Shown in pieces: positions 22,570-30,819 of a DNA stretch of 32,000 nt. This stretch comes from an uncultured bacterium (GTDB lineage: Bacteria > GCA-001730085): positions 30,001-62,000 of the forward strand of contig CAZMGY010000003.1 in the NCBI GenBank assembly GCA_964565945.1. The letters run 5' to 3'. The translations under genes and the position numbers were made by a program. Position 1 is the stretch's first letter; every line of letters begins with the position of its first letter. The notes beneath the pieces are model-generated. The model was not told where the DNA came from, did no database searches, and saw only the letters and a program-made list of their open reading frames with translations.

Positions 22570-22834
22570 CTATATGAAAAACTCCACTCAAGAATACTTT
22601 TAATCCGAGGTTATATAATCAATTTCCATTTCTTTGCATCCGCAATCATGGAAATAGCTAAAAACCTTTTTGTAGAGGTAGACGTGTATCGGGCATTATA
22701 TAGTGTTAACTGTTAGGATAAATGAACGCTTGCAACTATTACAGTAATAACGAAAGCTATTGCAATACGCACAGGCTTTTTTCCTCTAAATAATCGATAC
22801 ACTGATTTTTTTGACTTGGGAACAATTTAGATAC

Positions 22835-22843
22835 TGTTATAAT
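22835..22843 (+). promoter_or_regulatory. Extended -10 promoter upstream of purM
   Basis: TGtTATAAT (TATAAT 22838-22843), about 85 nt upstream of purM ATG 22926. TTGACT at 22811-22816 is too far away (21 nt) to serve as the -35. Confidence 0.4.
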
Positions 22844-22925
22844 GGCTCTTGCGCAACCGCCATAATTGATTACAAATATATTAATGACATAATGGGGTTT
22901 TCCAAAGAGAGGGATTGTTTTTGAC

Positions 22926-23936
22926 ATGGAAGCACAAGATGCCTATAAAGAAGCCGGTGTTGATATTGAGGCTGGCAATCAATTTGTTGGTAAAATTAAA
23001 CAGTCAGTTAAGAGCACCTATCGTCCAGAAGTGTTAGGGGATTTGGGAGGTTTTGGAGGTTTGTTTCAGTTAGATGTGTCTCAATATACACAGCCTATTT
23101 TGGTGAGTGGAACCGATGGGGTTGGAACCAAGATTCGCGTGGCTCAGATGGCGGGCAAGCATGATACGGTGGGTATCGATTTGGTGGCGATGTGCGTGAA
23201 TGACATTATTGTTCAAGGGGCGGAGCCGTTGTTCTTTTTGGACTATGTTGGTGTGGGTCAATTGAATCCAGATGCGATGGCTCAGGTGGTGGAGGGGATT
23301 GCTGAGGGCTGTCGTCAGGCGAGGTGTGCTTTGATTGGTGGAGAAACGGCCGAAATGCCAGGTATGTACCGTGGCGAAGATTATGATTTGGCAGGTTTTT
23401 CTGTTGGAATCGTTAATAAAGACCAAATGATCACGGGCGAAACGATTCAAGATGGTGATGCTTTATTGGGCTTGCCTTCGTCGGGTATTCATAGCAATGG
23501 TTATTCTTTGGTGCGCAAAATAATATTTGAACAAGAAGGCCTATCTTGTGACGATGTTCTTTTTGATGATTTAACGGTGGGGCAAGTGCTTCTTGAGCCT
23601 ACACGGATTTATGTGAAGGCTTTACTAAGCTTAATGAAGAAGGTCGATGTAAAAGGTTTGGTGCACATCACTGGCGGTGGTTTCACCGAAAATATTCCGC
23701 GTGTTTTGCCCGAGGGCTTGCATTTTCAATTAGACGAAGAGGCTTGGCCGAGCTTGCTTATTTTCGAGTACTTGCAAGACAAAGGTCAGTTGAGCCAAGA
23801 TGAAATGCGCCGGACCTTCAATTGTGGTGTGGGCATGGTTATTGTGCTTGCGAAAGAACAGGCCGATTTAGCACAACAGATTTTGAAGGAGCAGTGTGAG
23901 GCTTCATACCGGCTCGGTCGCGTAATTAAGAGGTAA
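22926..23936 (+). CDS. purM: Phosphoribosylformylglycinamidine cyclo-ligase (AIR synthetase)
   Basis: AYKEAGVDIEAGN, SGTDGVGTK, and full-length PurM architecture. Confidence 0.95.
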   Translation: MEAQDAYKEAGVDIEAGNQFVGKIKQSVKSTYRPEVLGDLGGFGGLFQLDVSQYTQPILVSGTDGVGTKIRVAQMAGKHDTVGIDLVAMCVNDIIVQGAEPLFFLDYVGVGQLNPDAMAQVVEGIAEGCRQARCALIGGETAEMPGMYRGEDYDLAGFSVGIVNKDQMITGETIQDGDALLGLPSSGIHSNGYSLVRKIIFEQEGLSCDDVLFDDLTVGQVLLEPTRIYVKALLSLMKKVDVKGLVHITGGGFTENIPRVLPEGLHFQLDEEAWPSLLIFEYLQDKGQLSQDEMRRTFNCGVGMVIVLAKEQADLAQQILKEQCEASYRLGRVIKR

Positions 23937-23939
23937 TCG

Positions 23940-24482
23940 ATGCATTGGTTGGGCATATTGGTTTCGGGTCGTGGTTCGAATATGGATACAATTATCGCAG
24001 CGTGTGAAGAGGGTCGTCTTTTGGCGGAAGTGAAGGTTGTGATTAGTAACAAGGCCGATGCTCCTGCTTTGGATAAGGCGTGCAAAAAAAACATCGAAAC
24101 ATTTTGCCTTCAAGATGAAGATGCTATCGTCTCCTGTTTGCAAGACCATCGAGTCGACTTGGTTTGTTTGGCTGGTTTTATGAAGATCATTAAGCAGCCG
24201 CTTTTGCAAACTTATCCGAATAGGGTTGTGAATATTCATCCTTCGTTGTTGCCCAAATTCCCTGGCTTAAACACCCATCAAAGAGTGTTAGATGCGGGAG
24301 AGTCCGAAAGTGGTTGCACCGTCCACTATGTGGATAAAGGTATCGACACTGGACCGATCATTGCTCAGGCGGTGGTCCCCGTTGCTACGAAAGACACCTT
24401 CGAAACTCTAGCCGTGCGGGTGCTTAAAGAAGAGCATCGCATTTACCCCGAAGCCATCCAAAAGGTTTTGGAATCAATCTGA
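23940..24482 (+). CDS. purN: Phosphoribosylglycinamide formyltransferase
   Basis: ILVSGRGSNM, NIHPSLLPKFPG, GCTVHYVD. It lies 3 nt after purM. Confidence 0.93.
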   Translation: MHWLGILVSGRGSNMDTIIAACEEGRLLAEVKVVISNKADAPALDKACKKNIETFCLQDEDAIVSCLQDHRVDLVCLAGFMKIIKQPLLQTYPNRVVNIHPSLLPKFPGLNTHQRVLDAGESESGCTVHYVDKGIDTGPIIAQAVVPVATKDTFETLAVRVLKEEHRIYPEAIQKVLESI

Positions 24483-27400
24483 TGATGAAACAACGCCTCT
24501 TGTCTCATATGGTCGAATCTCGTTGCCTATCTAAGGTGCGCGCGCACTTGATTCAGAATCGGCCATTGCACCTTTCGGGGCTTTATGGCTCTTTTGTGGG
24601 TGCGTTACTTGCGGCTATACATCAAGATCAAAAAATGCCTTTATGGGTGATTTGTGAGAGTGATGAAGAAACGGAAACTGTGGCGCAAGATATGAGCGTT
24701 TGGATGAAAACGCCTCAAGTTTTTGTTGAGCGAGATGTTCAGGATATGGCTAGTTTGGTTCGGCGTGCTGAGGCCTTGTCTTCGTTGGCACAAAGCGATA
24801 GCGATAGTTTTGTTGTTTCGTCCAAAGCACTTTTTCAGGCGATGCCAGACCCTCTTGTGTTTCAGCAAGGGTGTTGGTCGCTTAAGTTTAATCAAAATAT
24901 CGAACGTTCGTCCGTGTTAGAGAAGTTGGTCAAGAGTGGTTATCAACGTTGTGACATGATTGATGCTCTGGGAGAATTTGCGGTGCGTGGCGGGATAGTC
25001 GATGTGTTTCCTTTGGGCTACGAAGATCCTGTGAGAGTGGAGTTTTTTGACGAAACGATTGAAAATATGTGGGTGATTAACCTAAGCACGCAGCGCTCTA
25101 AGGAGACGATTAAAGAGGTGTCTATTGCTCCTGTTTGGGAACTAAATCCAGATCAACACGCATGGACGTATCGCCTATGGGATCATATTCCTTCGCAAAG
25201 TATTCTTGTGTTAAAGGACCCGATGTCGGTGGAGCGCACCTTGGGTTCTGTGGTGGGAGAAAGCGCTTGGGTGGATCAGTGGTTCCATAAGGCGGCAGAG
25301 GGCAAGCTAACATTGGCTCTATTAACACCCGAGGATCATTGGCTCGAAGAAGAATTGATGATGCATATGCATGCTACCGAAATTCTCGATCATGATGCCG
25401 CTGCTTTACGACGTCATTTGGATAGCTGGAAAGAGTTGAATTTGGAGCGCGTGGTGGTTTGCCAGCATGACAAAGAGCGACGCCATTGGAATGATTTTAT
25501 CGAACAGCATTCGCTGCAAGAGTGGGTGGAGGGTGTTGAGGTAAGGATTGGTTCGATCAGTTCTGGTTTTGTGGTCGAAGAGTGTGGTGTAGCGGTGCTT
25601 GCTGCTTCGGATGTGTTTCCACGTCGTGACGAAGTGTCTAAGAAAAAAGCGCGTAAGCACAGCAGCTTGCCCATTACAAGTTTACTTGATCTCCAATTAG
25701 GGGATTACGTGGTTCATTTGGGGCAGGGGATTGCTCAGTATCAAGGTTTGCATCGTTTAGATAACGAAGGGGCTCTTCGAGATTATATTAAGTTGGAGTT
25801 TCGTGAGGAAGCTATTTTGTATGTGCCGATTGAGCAAGTTGATTTGATTCAAAAATACATTGGTTTGGATTCGGCCCGACCTAAACTGCATAAGCTGGGT
25901 GGTCGATCATGGGACAAAGAGAAACAAAAAACTGAAGAGGCCATCAAAGATTTGGCTGCGGACATAATTAAGGTGCAAGCGGAAAGAAATATGCGCCAAG
26001 GGTTTGTTTATAATCAGTCCAAAGAGCTGGAAGAGCTCTTTGCCAATAGTTTTCCTTACGAGGAGACCGAAGATCAGCAAAAAGCCATTGATGATGTGTA
26101 TGCCGATATGGAGTCGCAATGCCCCATGGATCGTTTGATTTGTGGAGATGTAGGTTATGGGAAAACCGAAGTGGCTATGTGTGCCGCTTTTAAGGCTGTG
26201 ATGCATCATAAGCAAGTGATGGTTTTGGTTCCCACAACGGTTTTGGCTTTTCAGCATTTTCGTAATTTTGAAGATCGAATGAAAGATTTTCCGATTAAAG
26301 TCGAAATGCTTTCGCGTTTTCGTTCGCGCAGTGAGCAAAAAGAGATCATTGAACATCTTAAATTGGGTCAAGTGGACATTGTGATTGGGACGCATCGTCT
26401 TTTGCAAGATGATATGGGCTTTCGTGATTTGGGCTTATTGGTGATTGATGAAGAGCAGCGTTTTGGTGTGGCTCATAAAGAAAAGATTAAGAGATTTCGC
26501 AGTGTGATTGATATTTTGACAATGTCGGCAACACCCATTCCACGAACCTTATATATGTCTTTGACGGGAATGCGTGACATGAGTGTTATTCATACGCCGC
26601 CACGTGAGCGTTTGCCTGTGCATACCGAAGTCTGTGGCTTTGATGAAAAGGTGATTGTGCGTGCCATTCAGTTTGAAGTGAACCGCCAAGGTCAGGTTTT
26701 TGTGCTGCATAATCGGGTTAAAAATATTGATAAGTTTTCCAAGAAAATCGCTCAATTAGTTCCACAAGCGCGTGTCAAGTATGGTCACGGACAAATGACG
26801 GAAAAACAACTGGAATCGACCATTATAGATTTTGTGGGTCATAAGTTTGATGTATTGGTATGCACAACCATTGTGGAGTCGGGAGTCGATATCCCTAATG
26901 CCAATACTATTATTATTAATAATGCCGACCTTTTTGGTTTGGCCGATTTGTATCAATTGCGTGGACGTGTCGGGCGAAGCAACCACAAAGCATACGCCTA
27001 CCTTATGGTGAATCCTAACAAGCATTTGCCCAGCGATGCCCAGCAACGTTTGCAAGCGATTAAGGAGTATTCTGGTTTGGGTGTGGGGTATCGGATTGCC
27101 ATGAGAGACCTTGAGCTGCGAGGGTCGGGAAACTTGTTGGGCCAGGAGCAAAGTGGTCATATTGCACGGATTGGTTTTGATTTGTATTGCTCTCTCTTAC
27201 GCAGGTACACCAAACAAATGAAAGGAGAGGTTCCTGATGTGATACCGGCGTCGGTTGATCTTAAAATGGATATTACGGTTGAGCCCGAGTTTATTCCTTT
27301 GATGGGGGAACGTTTGGATGTCTATCGTCGGATTGCCAGTGCGGCTAGCGAACAGGAGTTGCGTGAGGTGAAAATTTTTGTCGAAGATCATTATGGGCAT

Positions 27401-27598
27401 CATTTGCCCGAAAATCTGTTACTATTGTTTGAACTTTCCAAACTGAAGATTGTGGCGGCGATGGAAGGTTACACACACATTGGACGCCGACGCAATCTTC
27501 TTGATTTAGTTAAACCAGAAAAGCACCAAGTGGAAATTTTACCAGATGCATCGATGGATCCGCGTGCTTTGCTCGATTTGATTTGGAGTTTGCTCTAA
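24482..27598 (+). CDS. mfd: Transcription-repair coupling factor
   Basis: RNAP-interacting/CarD-like segment (GDYVVHLGQGIAQYQGL), SF2 helicase motifs GDVGYGKTEV and DEEQRFG, and QLRGRVGRS. Its ATG overlaps the purN stop by 1 nt. Confidence 0.95.
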   Translation: MMKQRLLSHMVESRCLSKVRAHLIQNRPLHLSGLYGSFVGALLAAIHQDQKMPLWVICESDEETETVAQDMSVWMKTPQVFVERDVQDMASLVRRAEALSSLAQSDSDSFVVSSKALFQAMPDPLVFQQGCWSLKFNQNIERSSVLEKLVKSGYQRCDMIDALGEFAVRGGIVDVFPLGYEDPVRVEFFDETIENMWVINLSTQRSKETIKEVSIAPVWELNPDQHAWTYRLWDHIPSQSILVLKDPMSVERTLGSVVGESAWVDQWFHKAAEGKLTLALLTPEDHWLEEELMMHMHATEILDHDAAALRRHLDSWKELNLERVVVCQHDKERRHWNDFIEQHSLQEWVEGVEVRIGSISSGFVVEECGVAVLAASDVFPRRDEVSKKKARKHSSLPITSLLDLQLGDYVVHLGQGIAQYQGLHRLDNEGALRDYIKLEFREEAILYVPIEQVDLIQKYIGLDSARPKLHKLGGRSWDKEKQKTEEAIKDLAADIIKVQAERNMRQGFVYNQSKELEELFANSFPYEETEDQQKAIDDVYADMESQCPMDRLICGDVGYGKTEVAMCAAFKAVMHHKQVMVLVPTTVLAFQHFRNFEDRMKDFPIKVEMLSRFRSRSEQKEIIEHLKLGQVDIVIGTHRLLQDDMGFRDLGLLVIDEEQRFGVAHKEKIKRFRSVIDILTMSATPIPRTLYMSLTGMRDMSVIHTPPRERLPVHTEVCGFDEKVIVRAIQFEVNRQGQVFVLHNRVKNIDKFSKKIAQLVPQARVKYGHGQMTEKQLESTIIDFVGHKFDVLVCTTIVESGVDIPNANTIIINNADLFGLADLYQLRGRVGRSNHKAYAYLMVNPNKHLPSDAQQRLQAIKEYSGLGVGYRIAMRDLELRGSGNLLGQEQSGHIARIGFDLYCSLLRRYTKQMKGEVPDVIPASVDLKMDITVEPEFIPLMGERLDVYRRIASAASEQELREVKIFVEDHYGHHLPENLLLLFELSKLKIVAAMEGYTHIGRRRNLLDLVKPEKHQVEILPDASMDPRALLDLIWSLL

Positions 27599-28828
27599 GC
27601 TTTCTAACGGCCTTAATGTTCACAAACTCGCGGAATCCCAAAGTGCAACAGTTCGAAGGCAAAGCTGGACTCTTTGATTCCTCCAAAGGGAAGGCGTGGG
27701 TCGGACTTGACAAAGCTATTCACAAAACAAGCTCCAGCATCCAGTTGTTCACGGGAAAAATTAAGCCCTTTTGGCTAGGTCTTTGGTGAATATCGCCGAA
27801 CCTAGGCCAAAGGAGCTTTGCTTAGCGAGTTGAATTGCTTCGGCCTCATCCTTGGCTTTGATTAAAGCGCCCACTGGGCCAAACAGTTCCTCGTTGAAAG
27901 CCACCATGTCCAGTTTGACGTCTCCCAGCAATGTGGCGGGGTATAAGGCTCCAGGATGTTCGGGTAAAGTTCCTCCACAGAGTAAGGTTGCACCTTGCTC
28001 CAAATAACGGGTGACTTGGTCGTGCAGTTTATCGCGTAGAATCGACACGAGCCATGGGGGCAATCGTGGTGGGGATCCAGAAGTTCTCCCAAACCTTGTG
28101 ATTTAAAGAGCTGTGTCATCTTTTCGGCAAATGCGTCATAAAGCGATTCTTCGATAATAAATCATTTGGCTACAATACAACGTTAGTCTCCATTGATCAG
28201 GCGAGAGGCTGTGCAGGTTTGTGCCGCAAGTTCAATATCTGCATCAATCAAAACGACATAGGGGTCGCTGCCTCCTAATTCGAGAACCGACTTTTTAAAA
28301 ACGGCACTGGTTTCGAGGACCACGTTTTTTATCACCAGTGCTGAACCGACCATATTGGAAAGATGTTTGAGCAGGTCAGTGTTACCCGCTATTAGGGCTG
28401 GAGCAAGAAAACGGAATACTTGCCACAAAGGGCAATTCCAGGGCATGACCGCCAAAATGGTACCTAAAGGTTGGTAGCTAATAAAACTGGTGGTGTTGGC
28501 AATATCGACGGGTTCATCGGCCAAAAACTGAGTGGCATGTGTGGCGTAATATTCATAGACCATGGCGCACTTTTCGACTTCACCCTTGGCGTGTGACAAA
28601 GGTTTTTCCATTTCGGCCGTGATGAGTTCTCCATAAACTTGGGTGTTATCTTTGAGGAGTTAGGCCATTTGATTTATCAGTTTGGAGCGATTTTCGAACG
28701 AAGTGGTTTTCTAGCTGGCAAACACCTTGTGAACTTCTTGCATGATTGTATGGATACCGTCTGTCGAATGAGTCTCCTAGATGGCAAGGGTTTTTGAGTG
28801 TGTAGGGCTTAAGGGCTGTCATAGGCAT
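27599..28828 (-). pseudogene. Decayed NAD(P)-dependent aldehyde dehydrogenase (succinate-semialdehyde dehydrogenase-like)
   Basis: ALDH motifs are spread over at least 5 ORF fragments in three frames. These include PLGTILAVMPWNCPLWQ, LELGGSDP, NGD*RCIVAK*FIIEE (catalytic Cys context), EELFGPV, SFGLGSAIFT, PFGGIKES and EFVNIKAV. In-frame stops are at 28711-28713 (TAG at the conserved Trp), 28660-28662 (TAA), 28183-28185 (TAA at the GQ position) and 28162-28164 (TGA at the KR position). There are frameshifts near 28065, 27762 and 27640, and a ~35-aa internal deletion between the NVV and KKSVLELGG blocks. The left boundary is approximate. Confidence 0.85.
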
Positions 28829-29040
28829 GAGAGAGCACCTTTCTTATGCAGAAAACTATTATTTAAGTTTTTCCACAAGTTCTTGATCGACAGCAGTGTC
28901 GACATCGACAATCACAGCGGTTCCTCACATCTCAATAAACTTAAGTCATTCCGACTATTGTACTTTAACTTAGGTTGCTTCTCAATGCAGATGCTTACAA
29001 ATCTCTAGGCGTTTGTTGTGTTTGAAAGGCTAAGGCTTAG

Positions 29041-29070
29041 GTGACTCCAGACATAAAATAGGCTAGAATA
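29041..29070 (+). promoter_or_regulatory. Candidate promoter of the sugar-modification cassette
   Basis: GTGACT (29041-29046), 18 nt, TAGAAT (29065-29070), 27 nt upstream of ATG 29098. GGAGAGG serves as the RBS. Confidence 0.35.
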
Positions 29071-29097
29071 GGTTTTTGAGAGTTTTATGGAGAGGTT

Positions 29098-30117
29098 ATG
29101 ATGAGTTCTAAAGTTTGTTTAGCGATGATAGGCCTGGGTTATTGGGGGCCTAATATTTTACGTAATTTTGGTCAGATTAAAAATGTTGAGGTTAAGTATA
29201 TTTGCGACTTAAATGAGGTTAAGCTGAATGAATACGCAAAAAGATACCCAGAATCTCATAAAACACAACGCTATTCCGATGTGCTTTATGACCCTGATGT
29301 GCAAGCGGTGGTGGTGGCCACGGCGGCGTCGTCTCATTTTGAGTTGGCTTCACAAGCGCTAAAGGCTGGCAAGCACGTGTTTGTCGAAAAACCACTTACC
29401 TTGGATTCAGCCGAAGCCGAACAATTGGTGATTTTGGCCCGAGAGCAGCAAAAGCAGTTAATGGTGGGGCACCTATTAATGTATCACCCCGCTGTTGAGT
29501 ACATGAAAAGCTATATGCAAAGTGAGGAGTTTGGTGATTTGTGTTACATATATACCACCCGTGTTAACTTGGGCAAGGTACGCTCTGTCGAAAATGCCCT
29601 ATGGTGTTTAGCCCCTCACGATATTTCGGTCATCTTGCATTTGACTGGAATGGTTCCCGAGCAAGTCTTTGCCCAGGGAGAGTCTTATTTGCGAAAAGGT
29701 GTGGAAGATGTGGTGTTTTGTTCGATGCGTTTTCCTAATCAAGTGATGGCTCATATGCATGTGAGTTGGTTGGATCCGCATAAAATTCGCAAAATGACAG
29801 TGGTGGGCTCCAAGCGCATGTTGGTGTTTGATGACATGCAACCAGTTGAGAAAATCAAAATTTATGACAAAACCTTTGTGGCTCAGGCGGGATTTGATAC
29901 TTACGATGAAGAGTATTTAACTATGTCCAATGGCGGTGTTTATATTCCTGAGTTGCGCCGAGATGAACCTTTGCGTTTGGAATGTGAACATTTTATTCAA
30001 TCCATCACTCAGAATACTTCGCCTTTGAGTGATGGTCAAAACGGTTACGAAGTGCTAAAAGTTTTGGTGAATGCGCAAAAGTCGCTTAGCGCGACAATGC
30101 TTTCGAAAGAGGTTTGA
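29098..30117 (+). CDS. Gfo/Idh/MocA-family NAD-dependent sugar oxidoreductase (WbpB-like)
   Basis: Rossmann N-terminus (AMIGLGYWGPNILRNF), the EKP motif (VFVEKPL), and a C-terminal alpha/beta domain. Gene context is acetyltransferase + DegT aminotransferase + 2-epimerase. Confidence 0.85.
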   Translation: MMSSKVCLAMIGLGYWGPNILRNFGQIKNVEVKYICDLNEVKLNEYAKRYPESHKTQRYSDVLYDPDVQAVVVATAASSHFELASQALKAGKHVFVEKPLTLDSAEAEQLVILAREQQKQLMVGHLLMYHPAVEYMKSYMQSEEFGDLCYIYTTRVNLGKVRSVENALWCLAPHDISVILHLTGMVPEQVFAQGESYLRKGVEDVVFCSMRFPNQVMAHMHVSWLDPHKIRKMTVVGSKRMLVFDDMQPVEKIKIYDKTFVAQAGFDTYDEEYLTMSNGGVYIPELRRDEPLRLECEHFIQSITQNTSPLSDGQNGYEVLKVLVNAQKSLSATMLSKEV

Positions 30118-30120
30118 TTT

Positions 30121-30819
30121 ATGGTGCAACAGATTGCAGTAACAGCTGTGATAGATCCCAGTGTGGTCTTGCCTGAAACGGTGACGATCAAAGACTATGC
30201 CGTGATTCATTCTGGTGTGGTTTTAGATGAGGCTGTGGTGATTTCGGAACATGCGGTAGTTGGTAAGTCCGTGCAGTTATCTGGGGCATCTACAGTTGAA
30301 CGACCTTCGGGGGAATTAATTACTATGATTGGTGCGGGCAGTACTGTTGGGGCCCAGAGCGTGATTGTGCAATCGGCTCGTATTGGCCGTGCTTGTGTGA
30401 TTGCCGATATGGCATTTGTGCGAGAACGTGTGGAAATAGGTGACCGAGTAGTTGTTGGCCAGTTGGTCACGGTGGAGAATGATACGCAGATTGGATCGGG
30501 TACCAAGATTCAGGCCAAAGCTTATGTGACGGCTTACTCCGAAGTAGGGCAAGACGTGTTTTTGGCTCCCTGCGTGGTGACCACTAATGATAATTTTATG
30601 GGGCGAACCGAAAAACGTCACGCTCTTAAAAAGGGAGCTGTGATTAGGGATCGAGCTCGCATTGGTGGAGGTGCAGTTCTTTTACCAGGTATCGAAATAG
30701 GAGAAGAGGCGGTGGTGGGTGCGGGATCCGTGGTGACGCGTTCGGTGGAGGCTGGCCAAGTAGTTTGGGGGAATCCTGCTCGAGTTCAACGCAATGTGCC
30801 TAATGAGGAAAAGTTATAA
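30121..30819 (+). CDS. Left-handed beta-helix (hexapeptide-repeat) N-acetyltransferase (WbpD-like)
   Basis: Repeated [LIV]-G-x-x-x-x hexapeptide pattern throughout (IGAGSTVGAQSVI, IGDRVVVGQLVTV, IGGGAVLLPGIEIGEEAVVGAGSVV). Confidence 0.8.
   Translation: MVQQIAVTAVIDPSVVLPETVTIKDYAVIHSGVVLDEAVVISEHAVVGKSVQLSGASTVERPSGELITMIGAGSTVGAQSVIVQSARIGRACVIADMAFVRERVEIGDRVVVGQLVTVENDTQIGSGTKIQAKAYVTAYSEVGQDVFLAPCVVTTNDNFMGRTEKRHALKKGAVIRDRARIGGGAVLLPGIEIGEEAVVGAGSVVTRSVEAGQVVWGNPARVQRNVPNEEKL

Noticed and set aside
22531-22716. 61-aa plus-strand ORF (TTG start) in the long spacer.
   Set aside because: It has no SD, an unusual start, and AT-rich low-information sequence. It runs straight through the hairpins and terminator-like structure, so it is probably a chance ORF.
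27583-27789. 68-aa plus-strand ORF after mfd, and the 27510-27713 minus ORF.
   Set aside because: Both overlap the frameshifted C-terminal part of the ALDH pseudogene (PFGGIKES / EFVNIKAV blocks on the minus strand). They are by-products of that decayed gene rather than genes.
28859-28927. Short minus-strand reading frame ...GTAVIVDVDTAVDQELVEKLK* just upstream of the ALDH pseudogene, containing the palindrome TCGACA-GCAG-TGTCGA (28887-28902). It might be a remnant of another decayed gene such as a gabT-type partner.
   Set aside because: Only about 21 codons are readable before an upstream stop. No family motif is present, and the palindrome is explained by repeated GTCGAC (Val-Asp) codons. 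There is not enough evidence to call it a remnant.
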